From Chrysomallon squamiferum (taxonomy: Eukaryota > Animalia > Mollusca), in assembly GCA_012295275.1 (NCBI GenBank), contig CM022667.1, positions 6,386,001 to 6,450,000 of the forward strand: DNA of 64,000 bases, written 5' to 3'. Numbering within the stretch: position 1 is the first letter of the stretch; each line of letters starts with the position of its first letter. The notes below the pieces were generated by a model that worked only from the letters and a program-made list of their open reading frames with translations, was not told the DNA's origin and did not search any database. Shown here one piece after another: positions 1-14,828 of the stretch. A program made the translations under genes and the position numbers.

Positions 1-629
1 AATCGTTATATCTGACATAGGAAATAATTATTTCTGTAATTGAGGTAAATGTGTTTGTATGTATGTCTATGGATATTTAGCCATTTAGAAACTTCATCGT
101 ATGACATTGACATGGTCTTTTTTCATGCGGTTATCATGGGAAAACATTACCAGTGGCTGTCTTAGTAGAAATGCTCCCTATGCTGCTCCTTTTCTCTCCG
201 AATTTGTGTCAGTATTTTGAAATATTTCAATGCAAATCTAAGCTGAGCACCTAATATAGATTATCTTGTAGATATAAACACAGCATGTGCGTTTGAAATG
301 TTCTGGATTTAATAATTTACTGTTTGCTACAGGAAGAAATTAGTGTTATTTTATCAATTTCAAATTAACAGTTACTCTTCTGAAAGTCACAAAGGCCTAA
401 TTACTTAATATATCAAGATAAATGTTGATAGGCATCTTTGTTTATCTCTTGAGTAAAATAACCTTTAAGGCAAATTCATGGAAGTAGATTTACATTATTT
501 TCTGCTGATATATGTGACAGGAAATTGCCTTCCTATGAGTTTTACACATTGTTGTCTCTAAAGCTAATAAATTAGTATTGATATATTGTTGCATGTATTT
601 GAAAGTTTGCATATTTTTTGTTTTATTTT

Positions 630-819
630 GAGGAATTTTTTTCCTTTTGATTATTTAACTTAATAAGAGAAACTGATAACAGAGCTCTTAAAAAAACGAG
701 GAACTTTATTCCCTTTGATTATTTAACTTAATAAGAGAAACTGATACCAGAGCTCTTAAAAAAACGAGGAACTTTATTCCCTTTGATTCGTTAACTTAAT
801 AAGAGAAACTGATAACAGA
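630..819. repeat. Tandem repeat, ~68-bp unit, ~2.8 copies
   Basis: gaggaa...ccttt(t)gattatttaacttaataagagaaactgata recurs at 630, 698 and 766. Confidence 0.9.
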
Positions 820-3032
820 TGTTGTTAAGATATTGCACTACGTTGAAAGTTGATTTCACCTAAAGTTACAAAACATTTTGTATACACCGTTATAATATCT
901 CTTGATGCATATTTTGTATATGAATATATTTTCGTATTTCATAATAATGAAGTAAAGATTTTGTCTTTGTTTTCTAAAATGTTTTGCTATTGGTCATTGC
1001 AAAATGTTACATTTTTTAATATATAAACATATAGTTAGATGTGTGTGTGTGTGTGTGTGCCCTACTTGGAGACGCCAGATGGTGTAAATGTTAACACCGC
1101 TCAATCAGGAATTAACTAATATTAAAGCCCTTTAATTGGAAACCCCTAATTCAGTAATACAAATATTACATAACTATAAATAATTACATCCTCTCCTTTG
1201 TTGTATTTTATGTTGAAAAAATGATGTGATTTTTAACTGATTTGCTGATATCACCGATTTCAAAACAAAGATTATATCATGTGATAACGTGAATGGGAAG
1301 AATAATTACATTATCATTCAGATTTTACTTTTTAAATTATTTTTAAAATTTTGGTTTTCTTTCCTTAGATAGTGATGTATGTATCTATATATATATTATA
1401 TCGTTCTTCCGAGATCCGCTTGCCATGCTTCTCTCCCCGTTACAACTGTATGTATGTATATTCACGTTTTATATTAATATAACGATTTTTTACTTTAATA
1501 TCTTTACTATTTTTGTAAATTTAAATTCAAAATATCAAATAAACATTCAGGAATTCCAAGATTCTTGTACATATTTGATAGTATATTGATTATTGTATAA
1601 TTTGACAATGTTTTCATGTTTGTTACATGTATATTTCTTGTAAATTTTACAATAAATTCGACAAACCTAAAAATTAAAAATTTAATTACAAAAGACTGTA
1701 GGTTGTTTTCTTTTAATATATTTAATTATAGTAGATACACTAAAACTATTTGAAAGTTTATATTTGTGTATTAACTACTTTTACTAATACATGTAATAAA
1801 ATCTAAAGTGCTTTTCAATTATTTATTTATCTTTTTAATAAAAATGTATTGTTTGTATTCCTAATCGTTTGTAAAGAATCCTGCTTCTTGTTATTTCGCT
1901 TAAAATATCCGAGCACCACTCTGCAATAGAACCTTCTTGCCAAATTTGTTCTGAATTATAAATGTTTATTCTGTCTATTTTTACATGCCGATTTAAAGCA
2001 GAATTACTGTTACATTAAACATTCAGTATATTATTATATTAGAGTAATATTTATTAAGCTACAGTGTATAATCACCTTTATACATTTATATTTTTATGGT
2101 TCTTCAGTGTTTAGATAATTAATGTTGGAATACGAGGGTGATTCCTCAAAGAGCATTCAGACATCAATGGGCTGTTTAGAAGCTATATATATAATAAGGG
2201 GAAGCTCTGTTATTTTATAAACTAAGAAACACTGGGATTATTTAACTCAGAATAAGCACTTAAGCTGTAAAGTAAATTCAGAAAGGCTGTCAGCAGAAGT
2301 GTCTCGTGAACGCCTGCGCGATCCTCTGTAAGGTTTTAAACGAGATAATTTGATCAGTGCGCCACCTTACGACACGTCTGAGATACGCGTAGTCAGAACA
2401 AAGGATCACCCAGGCAATGGTAATTCCGGTTTAAATGTTTTATTCTCTTTTTTTTATGTAACATACATGTTGATTGATAGAAGATAGCCAATTATATTTC
2501 TGTTGGATGTTATATAGTGTTATTCTGTGGTACTTACAGTTGAAAACTAAGTAACAAACTCAGATAAGGTATGTTAATAACTAAAAGCTTAGTTAGAAAG
2601 TTAACGTAACCAGTTGGGCTTAATTAGAATAGTATTATCTATAAACGCTTTTGCCTTTGTATTGTATCGTGAGTGTCTTACGATTAAATTATATGTTACC
2701 ATTGATGGTTAGTTAAGGTGAAATATAAACTAATTATTCATGTTCAATTCTTGTTTGCGTGATTCTTTTCGTGTGGATACAGTGTAGTCATTTAGTAGTT
2801 TAAGCTGTCTCAGGTCATTAACACCTTGTCAGGTGACGCTATTATAGTCTGCAACCCTTTAGACGGGTTAGGATTAGGGTTATATATCAATGATTGTTAT
2901 GTCTCAGACGACCAATACCTTGTTCTTCATTGATCATACATTTAAACCATAGCTAACCAAGGACGTACCATATAAAAGTTCTTATACATTAACTACATGT
3001 ACCTACCAAAAACAGACTCAAATTTTATATCC

Positions 3033-3541
3033 ATGGCTGATCTTAGAAGGGTCGAATTTCTTCAGTCACAAAAAGGTAGACCACATATAATACTGGAAGG
3101 AATTCTATTTGTAACGAATCGCACCAGAGGGGAAAGCTTTCACTGGAGATGCGTGGCAGAAATGTGTACCGGGAAGTGCACCACTGTCGGCGATTTTATT
3201 CAGAACACATCCATCTTCCAAATGACTGGAATGTTGTTCGGTTTGTTAGCACACTACGGAATCGAGTAAGAGAAGAAACGACACCAGTGCAGAAAATATA
3301 CAATGATGAGGTTGCAAAGCAAACATCAGACATTGTTCCTCATTTGCCTTCCTTTCCCATTATGAGCTGTGCACTGTATAGAGAGAGACGACTTCTCATT
3401 CCTGCCCTACCACAGACTACAGCTGATGTCAGCATAGACGAACCATAGACAAAGACAAATGACGGAAGACCCTACGTTTTATTTAGCAATCGAAATGAAG
3501 ATAACATGCTTATGTTTTCTACAGATGAGCAGATCATAGCA
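3033..3541 (+). mobile_element. Decayed Mutator-like (MULE) transposase 5' part with FLYWCH zinc finger
   Basis: SQKGRPHIILEG..F.....HWRC....C..KC followed, across a frameshift, by LRNRVREETTPVQKIYNDE..LPSF....LYRERR..PALP and TNDGRPYVL..MLMFSTDEQ. This is the typical FLYWCH-MULE layout; it has a frameshift and a stop and is truncated before the DDE core. Confidence 0.8.
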
Positions 3542-4639
3542 GGATGCGTGTTTCTAAAATGATTATGTGGTTTCAACATGAGAAGACGATGGCGCCAGAT
3601 TCCTTTGATTTTGTTGAACCATCATCTGAACAATGGCCCCAGAATAAGCATTGATCTGGATGGTTTTCGTTCAGGAATGAACCAGTCAGTTCAACTTTTC
3701 CATTCAGATATATACAGATTTGTAGATTTGATAAAAGGAATAGAAACATCAGAATGATAAATTCAGACAGATAAACTTTGAGGCAAATCAATCTAATTTT
3801 ATATAATTTTGTTCTGTGTTCTGTATTTAGTTGTTTCAGACTATTCCATTATTAACCACATGTATTATTCAAGGTACACGGCAGGTCATTAGTAATGCGC
3901 TCAACCGCGTCTTGTGTTGTTTTAATGCGTCGCGTTATGGGACGTCTGTCTTTTGGGAGGACACCAGTCAGACCCTGTCTTTGTTAATTGTGTGGGTAAA
4001 TTTGGTTTTGACTTTAAATTCTAGAGAGCATCTTATTCGCCTCGAACTATTCTGTGACAGACTTTTACTTTTTATATTAATTTTGGTTTGGTGGAGGGAT
4101 AAACAATGTTGATGAGCATGAACCTCTGAACTCCTTTTAGCAAATTGTTTCATTAATTCTGGGTCTATGTTTAACGTAAATGCATAACTGAATGTAAAAC
4201 AGTGCTTGTGAGCAAAGGTTATATGTTATTTTAAGGATTCAGTTTCTACAACTAGAATCAGTTTCAACATTACCCCTACTTATTATGAAAACTATAAGTT
4301 TATCCAGAATTTACTTAAATAAATAAACCAATAACGTTTGTGCGGATTCATATTTATAGCGGTATTTGTATCCAGTTGTTCGGTTTCATGGTCATTGAAG
4401 GAAAACGCTATGAACGAATGTTACATAATTTACATAATTAAAATAAATAAACTTTTTACGAAAAAAATACTAAAGAAGAACAATTGTTTTCTTTCTGAAA
4501 TACATAAATATAATAAATAAGTAGAAACGATATTGGCCATGGACAGGCATTTTTTTATCGTTTGAGTCTTTGACTTTTGTACTGATACTGTTTTACAGTG
4601 TATTATACTCAAATAATGAATGTAAAAATTATAAAATAC

Positions 4640-5011
4640 TTATCGATTCATTTTCCCGGAATCAGGACACAATGCAGGAAGTAAATTATCAATGAGCAAG
4701 AATCGGGACCATTCATAACGAATAACAGGTAACTGGACTGAGATTATAAAAAGTTTTCTAAACCCGTTTTGTAAGACAGTAAAGCAATAGGTGTAAAAAT
4801 AAATAAATGTTTTTGAAATGGAGTTTATGTCATAGATTATAATAATCAATTATAAACTGCTGGTGAAAAATGTATCACTTTCTTACTCAAAATTATTGTG
4901 AAACTGTTTTTGTTTTGTGTGTTTTGTTGATATTTTTTCAACTCAGCGTCACCTAAACCAGTTTACTTGAAAGGATTCGCCCAAATAAGACTCATTTGTG
5001 TAAGCAGGAAA
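4640..5011. promoter_or_regulatory. Conserved upstream block of gene A1 (putative bidirectional promoter)
   Basis: Alignable with 19125-19507 and, inverted, 61236-61620. Shared motifs are GCAGGAAGTAAATT (starts 4674, ETS-like) and ACCTAAACCAGTT (4951-4963). TTCCCGGAA (4653-4661, STAT/GAS consensus) is present in this copy only. Confidence 0.55.
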
Positions 5012-5075
5012 ATGGCGTCTGAATTGAGGTGTTTGTTTCTGTGGGTATTTCTTCTACATACTGATATTTGCTTAG
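5012..5075 (+). CDS. Gene A1 exon 1: signal peptide MASELRCLFLWVFLLHTDICL(G)
   Basis: aaaATGG start, hydrophobic core, phase-1 donor G|gtcagt; near-identical paralogue at 19508. Confidence 0.88.
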
Positions 5076-5236
5076 GTCAGTTTTTACATTGGGATGTTGT
5101 TTTGTTTTTTTGTTTGTTTGTTGTTTTCGTTTTATTTTCTTCTTATTATTATTTTTGCTCTATTGTTATTTAGTTATATATTTATTTATTTCTTGCTTTC
5201 AGTGTTTGTGTAAATAATTAATTTCACTATAATTAA

Positions 5237-5808
5237 CATGGACCAATGATTTTTTTAAAATAAAAATAGGAAACTCATTGTTTGCATACATAACAGTACA
5301 TGTTCTAGAAGTTCAATGTTTTTTGTGATAACGAAAACGAGTGAAAATTTAATTTGTAACTAATTTTGTTATCGGACCGGTTGATGGACCTTTATTTATT
5401 TATTTTTAATTTTCTGTAGTAAACCTGCATCAAGCGTTATCGGGAATAAATCAAGGCAGACATTCAAATAACACGTGATGAATTTGATTTTTACATGTAA
5501 TACGACCTTCAATGCGTTGAAAAAAAAAAAAAAAAAAAAAAAAATTATAATAGTTTCAACTATCGTTTTACAAGTAGGTACTCAGAACTGTCCGCCATGG
5601 AGTTTTAGCAGAGTAACGTGCCCACATTACAGTACCTAATGAGAATAGTCATCTTCATATTCACGCGCCAGTGTCTGTGAAAATTGTTTATTTTATTTTA
5701 TTATTATTATTATTTTTTTTTATATATATTGCCTGCAGACGTCGTAATAATATTAAAAAAAAATATAGAGTACAAAACGTGTGCGAGATGGTATGACGTC
5801 AAAGTTAC

Positions 5809-5841
<33 letters not shown>

Positions 5842-6210
5842 GAAAAATGGTTTCGGCCTTTGCTGCAATTTCTAATCAATAATAGACATCTATGTACTGG
5901 AGGCACTGATTAAATGACATATTTCCCCAAATTACTATTAATAATCCATGCAGAATTGATTGCATTATGAAGGCATACGTATTAAAAAGTTTGCAAACTC
6001 TAATGGGCGTTCGACGCTGTCGTCTTTGATTTCGATCGGAACTTTCCGTGAGCTCACGGATTTTTTGAAACTTCCCAATTCAGTTGTTTCACATATGTTT
6101 TCTGAATGTTTTATTATTTAAACTGATAAAGATAACTATGGTTGTTCATATTACCAAACCATGAGGTCGCGGGACTTTCGTAACTACTTTTTCAACTTAA
6201 TCAAACCTTT
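5237..6210. mobile_element. Internally deleted non-autonomous relative of the transposon at ~55440-60615
   Basis: 5237-5520 aligns with 55440-55725 and 5870-6210 aligns with 60320-60615. It is absent from the equivalent position in A2 (homology breaks at 5230/19632). Confidence 0.7.
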
Positions 6211-6299
6211 TCTTCTTCTTCTTCTTCTTCTTCTTCTTATTATTATTATTAATTTAATACATTTTTGCATTGTAGTCTTTTGTTTGAAAGTTTGAAAAA

Positions 6300-7500
6300 A
6301 AATATAATTTTTTTAATAAATATGCTTCAGTTAATGAATTTATATAAAAACAAAAATGACAATGCAGAGAATATGAGTAAACTTTGTTTTATTCTTATAA
6401 CCTGTGTAGACTTTTGTTCTCATGAAGCTTATTTCTTATTTTGATGTGTTTCTAATTTAATTTCACAACATCAGTTCAGTACATAATTTCCTAAACCTGT
6501 GAAGTGTAAGTAATATGTTCAAGAAATCTTTCATTTCAAAACTCAGAAAATGTTAGAGATACTTGAAGATAGAGATATTTATAAAATTATTTAAAATAGA
6601 TTTTTGAATTGTTGTTTATACAATCATTTGTTGCTTTATTTTATGTTATTTATTTATTTATTTTTCTGAAATGGGCAGATACACGAAGAAAACTTAATAA
6701 CTGATGTATGCGTGTCTGTGTGTTTTATTTAGTAGGTTTTACTTCTGACTTTTACAAACATTTACTTATGCATTATACAAGGACATTTCATGTTTGTATA
6801 TCTTGTTTATTTATCCTGCATAAAAATATTTTACTTAAAAGTTGAAGTCTAGCTTTATTTTATAGCAATTTCTAGTTAACAGAAAGTGAAAAAGCATACA
6901 TAAACACATACAGGTATGATGTTTGTAAATGCAGAACTAATCATCATCATTAAATCTTAATACATAAACCTTATTTTGTATTTCTCTGTACATAACTGTT
7001 AATTTAATATAATTTTAAATGATTTTGAGATAATGTTTCTCTATTTTCAATAACAATATGATAAAGTGTTACGTGATTAATATTTTATAAATTTAAAAAC
7101 ATACATAAGAAGTAATTAAAACAGAAATGTCACTTCGTTTTGAAAACTAGTAATCCATTAGAAAAAAAGATTAATACAAATATTTTACGATAAAATTGAA
7201 GCAATAGTTGATTTTATAATTATATACTTGTTTTTATTTTTAATTTTAAAATAAGTATTATGACATTGATTAATATTCTGCATATACTAAACATGTTCTC
7301 TATGTCTAATCTGCTATATTCCATTATCACACATTTTTACTGGCGTTGGTGATGGATGTAAAGATATTGTCCAAGGCTAACTTCACCATAACACAACAAA
7401 GATATTACTTCTGTCCTGTGTTTATTTAGTAAGTTCACACAATAAATTTGTTATTTTCTCTTGTATCAAAAATTATAAGACCTGCTGAAAATTATTATTA

Positions 7501-7543
<43 letters not shown>

Positions 7544-8600
7544 CATCATTATCATTATCATAATTATTATTGTTAACTGTACTAAAAAAATAAAAATGAA
7601 TAAAAAATAATATTAAGCAAATATTGCTCTCAATTGTACAATATTAGAAAAACCTAATTATTTATTTAAATATATAAATATGTTTCAAATTTCAGTCATG
7701 TTCTATATCAAGTTGAATGAATATGTTTAAGAGTTTAAACAATAGTTCCATGATGTAATTATTGTGGTTCAAATTCTTTTACAGATAAATAATTTCACTG
7801 ATTAGTAAAATGTTCTAAATAAAACTCTATAAAACACAGCTGCTATGAAAATACAGAATGGTATATATCCCCAACCTTGTAAAAAAACAATTGCTAACAT
7901 AATCATTCTTTTCATCATCTCTGTTTAGTCAACAGTTTCAGTTATCTCAAATATTCTTACATGCAAAAGATGAATGAGTGAAACTGAAGTCAGCTCTTTA
8001 TTATCATTCAACACAGTGTAAAATATTTGCATCTCGAATATGATTCATTAATATTCACATGACAATTAAACAAAATTATATGTAAAAAGGAAAAATGGTG
8101 GTAATTTAATCAGAGGACATCAAAATCAAAATTTTTCAAGAAACACAAAAGCAGGTGGCATGGTGCCAACTGGCAAACCGTTTTTCCACAGCCCTGACAC
8201 ACATGTATATCAAATTCATTTTATTTATGGTTATGTCTGTGCTGTCAATAAATAATCATGTATAATACTGTTAAGAAATGATCTGTAGTAATTGAATGTA
8301 TCAGCTTTTCTAGTTTACATCCATATTTTCCATTATTCTTAACAGCCTTTTGCTTGTTAATTTATTTGGTAACTGAAACAATAATATAATAATACGAATT
8401 CCTTCTTTTAATCTAAGCAAAACAAAAACACAACTGAAGAAAACGATTTTCATCTTATTGTTAGAATGTTATAATTTATTTTCCAGAAATATATTTTTCT
8501 AATAAATAAATAAATAAATAAATAAATATACATTATAATATTGATAATAATTTTTTAACTGTTGACAGTATGTTTCACCTTTCATAAGACTTTAATCTAA
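6300..8600 (+). repeat. Copy of the intronic stalk-microexon repeat module inside A1 intron 1
   Basis: Collinear with ~25950-27700; retains the donor context acag|gtatgatgtttgta at ~6910-6927 but not the acceptor or exon body. Confidence 0.75.
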
Positions 8601-8994
8601 AGTGATTACATTGGTTAAATTCCTCTTCAAAGTAATGGATTTAATTAATACATAATCCCAAGACTTAAGAACATTAGCTGTTTTAATAATATTTTCCTTT
8701 TCTTTACCGCTTCCTTCTTTCTTTATGAAACATAATTTAACAACTTAATCAGCGCTGTCCCGTTTAATTTAAGATTTGACAGCAGCCTATTGTCATTGAA
8801 ATAGCATTTTTGACGGTCTTTGTTTTTTATACATCTACAATGTTAATCCACCAAATACAAATTTTTACTTGATATATATAAACAATACTTTGAGCTAAAT
8901 TTAAAGTAATTTTCATTTGTACCAGGTTTGGAAAAAATACAAAGAAAACGACAAATATATATTTATTTTTTATTCTACTATCTTACTGTAAAAA

Positions 8995-9300
8995 TGTGGT
9001 AGTTCAGCAGACTACCAGGGTTCGAATTCCGGTATCCCAGGGAGATATCAGAAGCTAAAATACTACAGGCTACCAGTACGGACAAGTGCTGAATGCAAGT
9101 GCTAAATCTGTTGAATGCCTCGCCCTTGCCCATTGTGAGTCATGATAAGGAGTCCACCGAAAATCACCAATCACATTAGCAGAATTTAGTCAGGCACTTC
9201 AAGAGGAGTTGAACGATGGCCACTGGGAAAGTCACAAACAGCTCATCCACTGAATGAATGTCTTACACACCAGGACAATATCATACACTACTGACACAAA
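8995..9300 (+). mobile_element. Possible tRNA-derived SINE remnant
   Basis: B-box-like GGTTCGAATTCC at 9019-9030 with a weak A-box upstream, at the start of a locally GC-richer island; no cloverleaf. Confidence 0.3.
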
Positions 9301-9507
9301 AAAACACCAAAACCAACAAAAAAATGTCAGCTTTAAAGTTTAACCTCTGACCCTGTCTTCTAGATCAAAATCTACTAAGAAACTGTACTATTACTGGTAA
9401 TGTTTGCCCAGTCACTTCACTATTATCATATATCTCCATTTTACATATGTATCTTTAGATCCATAGATAGATTGATATAGACATGTATAATATTTTTGTG
9501 ATTGTAG

Positions 9508-9720
9508 GTTACACAGTGTATTTGTCAGGAACTTCATTAAATGCTATGTCATACACACTTACATGTACAGTGGCAGATGCTGCAAATCTCAGCGACTACG
9601 TAAACTTTAAAAGACAGATCTCTACAGCAGTCTTTTCTACAATAAAACAAACTACAAGTGGATGTTCAGTATACACCAAGCCACCAACAGGCTATGATTC
9701 AGAGTGTGGAAGTGGAACAC
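9508..9720 (+). CDS. Gene A1 exon 2: V-type Ig domain (partial, runs into the gap)
   Basis: Acceptor ttgtag|GT in phase 1. GYTVYLSGTSLNAMSYTLTCTVADAANLSDYVNFKRQ...GCSVYTKPPTGYDSECGSGT aligns with the A2 and A3 Ig exons. Homology is lost ~30 nt before the N gap. Confidence 0.85.
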
Positions 9721-9748
9721 AGGGAAAACAATGCTCAGATTAAGGGAT

Positions 9749-9948
9749 NNNNNNNNNNNNNNNNNNNNNNNNNNNNNNNNNNNNNNNNNNNNNNNNNNNN
9801 NNNNNNNNNNNNNNNNNNNNNNNNNNNNNNNNNNNNNNNNNNNNNNNNNNNNNNNNNNNNNNNNNNNNNNNNNNNNNNNNNNNNNNNNNNNNNNNNNNNN
9901 NNNNNNNNNNNNNNNNNNNNNNNNNNNNNNNNNNNNNNNNNNNNNNNN
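9749..9948. other. Assembly gap (200 N)
   Basis: Run of N. Confidence 1.
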
Positions 9949-11568
<1,620 letters not shown>

Positions 11569-11897
11569 TATACAAGGAATTCAAACATCTGTCTCTATGT
11601 TGACATTTTGGGGATTGGATCATTCATTATTTATTTCATTATGTATTTATTTTAATGATGATTAAGCCCTATATGTGCATTTGGTATGTTTGTACTGTGT
11701 GCGCATATGTATGTATAAATGTATTTGTGTGTGTGTGTGTGCGGGGAAGTAGTAATTGTGTTATAAAATTTCGGTTATTTTTAATTTGTCATTTTATTTA
11801 TTAGGTTCATGTAGAGAAAAAACACATTATTTGTTTACCAGTTATTTTGTTATTATTATTATTACTTTTATAAAAATGAATTTATCTGAATTTTCAG

Positions 11898-12144
11898 ATG
11901 GTCCAGAAAACATTAAACTGAACAGAAGCTCACCAGTAAAGATAATAGAAAACGTGGCTGTTTTGTGTGAGGTAGACTGTGATGAAGTCTGCTCTTACAA
12001 GTGGAACTGACAAACAAAGGAAATGAATGATGCTGTACTTTCTTTTACACAAATACATAACAGAGGCTGGAGTTTGTGTGTGTATTGTCACCAGTGTAAA
12101 CACAAACAAGTCAAAAATCAAAACTGTTATTTTAGATATAGAGT
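11898..12144 (+). pseudogene. Disabled Ig (I/C2-type) exon
   Basis: ttttcag|AT GGT CCA...GAG T|gtaagt. Translates GPENIKLNRSSPVKIIENVAVLCEVDCDEVCSYKWN*, then frameshifts to EAGVCVCIVTSVNTNKSKIKTVILDIE; has an in-frame stop plus a frameshift. Confidence 0.8.
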
Positions 12145-12239
12145 GTAAGTATCTAACATCATGTACCTTTTTAAAACTGTTACTTGTACATTATCCAAAA
12201 AAACTATTTATTTAAAGTACATTGTAAAGGTTTCTTTCA

Positions 12240-12530
12240 AGTAACTATGATTTAAAGCAATATGGTCTACATCTGTATATCTTTACAACCTAGATTGTAA
12301 AACAAAAAGATCTAAATCTTTTTAAGTGATTGTAAAACAGAATGATCTACATCTTTATATCTATGTTTGTAAAAGAATATGGTCTACATCTTTATATCTT
12401 TATAACTATGTTTCTAAAAAAATATGGTCTACATCTTTTTATCTTTATAACTATGATTGTAAAACAATATAGTCTACATCTTTTTATCTGTATAACTGTG
12501 ACTAAAACAATATGATCTACATCTTTATAT
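12240..12530. repeat. Minisatellite, ~40-44-bp unit, ~7 copies
   Basis: Recurring taactatgattgtaaaacaatatggtctacatctttatatcttta variants. Confidence 0.85.
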
Positions 12531-14552
12531 CAAGCTTCAGGGCTGAAGCTCTAAATTAATGATGTTTCTGGTTGTTGTTTTCTTGTTGTATTTTTGTTTG
12601 TTTGCTTGGGGCGAGGTTATTGTTTTTTCCACTTGTGAATAACAGTTATTGAATTGATTTTAAATAATTAATAGACAGCGATAACAGTCAAGTATAAAAG
12701 AACTCAATCACACTCAGAGTAAAAAGAAAATAAGAGTAAAACAGAAAGAGCTAACAGGAAACCTTATCATCAAATACTATATGTCCCATAGTTTATTTAC
12801 TTATTCATTTATTTATTTATTTGCTTCATTGAACAGATGCATGTATTGTCACAGTATGCAGATTTAATACACAATATGAATAAAGGGCAATTATTTTGTC
12901 ATGATAGTTTAATTCAAACTGTGAATGATGAATTACATTTAAAATAGAAAACTCTTTTACTTGTTACAGATCACCATTGACTAATTAGACTAAATCTATT
13001 TTCCATAATTTTCCTTCAAGAAGAAATGTTTTCTAATTGCCCCTATTGGCAGTAATCAAAAATGGTTTATCCGAATTCTCTCACATTTGCTATAATTGTC
13101 AATTTTGTTTATTATAGCTGGGAAAATTCAAATATTTCTTAATTTGAATCATTTGTGAAGTAATTACCTTATTGAAGAGTTAGTACTGCTGGCTAAAAAT
13201 CACTATATATATACATAAAGTAATTTCCCTATCTAAATTTCAGTTGTGTTCTTATTATTCATAATCAAAACATATATATATATTTATATATATATATATT
13301 TTTAAATTTCAGTTGTGTTCTTATTACTCATAATCAGAATATATATATATATATATATATATTATTATTGTTATCATTATTATTATAATATTAGCATTCT
13401 TTTTCACTTTTTAATTTTTTTAATATTAATTGATAATAACAATGCTTTCGACTGGATTTATCTTACATAGCTTTCACAGATGTACATAAGTACAAAAATA
13501 CACAAACATTCACATATATATAGAAGATACTCATACTTAAATTTCATTTCAGCTTACAAATGTACATTATTTGGCTGATTAGTCGGAAGGGTAATTTGAA
13601 AAGAAACAAATTATGACAGATGAAAACTACACAAACACATAGTGATGCATGCATACATATACAGACAAATCTGAAATATTTGAAATAAAGCAAAATCCAA
13701 TAATTCCCTAATTTTCAGTATTTTGTTTGTTTCAGACAGTTTAACACTGGAGTACAGGAATCACCTCTCTGTGACGTTCTTCAACAAAGTCAAGGTCAGT
13801 ATATACATACCAAGTGTAACAGATTAAAGAATGTCTGAATTAAAGCAGACGTGCTGTACGCCTGTGACCTTTGTTTTCAAAATAACAGACAAATTTTACA
13901 CATGAAATACACTGCTTTTTGTTTTTGTTATATTACGTTTCTAACATTTTCTTTACTCTCAGCATGTATATAATATATATATATTATTGTAATTTGTTAG
14001 AAAACATATCTTCTATTTTTGTACATTTTATCTGTTAACTCAGATACAACAAGAAGACACTCTATTACTCATTCTGTTACTTGTTTACAGTACAAACAAT
14101 TACTCATCACTGGAAGCTAGAAAAGACTCGCCATAATCTGATCTGTACTCACTGTCTATGAAAACTCACAAGTCACAGGATTGAACTCAGATGTGTTTGT
14201 CTGTGTCTTGTATTTCATATTTGCTTATTGAATGAACCTGAACTGATGTCTGACATTTGAGGATGTTTTCACACGGTCAAATTTAAGATTAGGCATAAAA
14301 TATGAAGTCATCAGCTTGTTTTGTACCTATATATAAAAATAAATTAAGACTGCTGGTTCAATTTACTTTCCATTTACTTGCCAAGAAACCAGGGATTAAC
14401 CAAAATTTCCAGACTCTGGTATATGGTATTTCCAAAAACATTCCAAGAAATAATTTGAAAATTCATAATAAAAGTTGATCTAGCATATAACGGACCTTAT
14501 TTTTTTCATGAAATCTTTCAGAATAGTACAAATAATGTTACAGCATTACAAC

Positions 14553-14828
14553 ATGTAACAAGAAGCTGCACTCTTTGACTGACACCAACTTGATGTTGTT
14601 TCCTGCTTCACGTGTAAAATCCTGTATCCAGACATCCAGCTTCTTTCCAGCTGTACTCCACTTACTTGGTGTTTGTCACTTCACGTAGAATGTGTGAGTT
14701 GTTTAACAGTTTGATGTGAGATGCTGGATTACTGTCAACTTCACATCTCAGAGACACAGGAGTCAGTTCATTAACTGTTATCTTTGTAGACTTTGAGTTT
14801 AAAGTGAAAGATGTTATTGACGTCTGAG
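14553..14828 (-). pseudogene. Gene B2 disabled Ig exon
   Basis: Acceptor ttgttatag|. Translates QTSITSFTLNSKSTKITVNELTPVSLRCEVDSNPASHIKLLNNSHILREVTNTK*VEYSWKEAGCLDTGFYT, then a frameshift removes the F-strand Cys. The 3' boundary is approximate. Confidence 0.8.

Noticed and set aside
630-819. CRISPR-like spacing of short repeats (also 12240-12530)
   Set aside because: Units are contiguous with no unique spacers and the context is eukaryotic; these are ordinary tandem repeats.
3573-3791. Minus-strand ORF as a possible B-type partner exon of A1
   Set aside because: No Ig pattern and no convincing splice boundaries.
8995-9040. tRNA gene
   Set aside because: Only a B-box-like motif; no acceptor stem or cloverleaf.
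9721-9748. Apparent premature stop in the A1 Ig exon (QGKQCSD*)
   Set aside because: Lies in the last ~30 nt of a contig, where sequence is unreliable; not taken as evidence of pseudogenisation.
14050-14327. Possible terminal exon of B2 after a minus-strand acceptor
   Set aside because: No recognisable coding motif; cannot be distinguished from intron or UTR.
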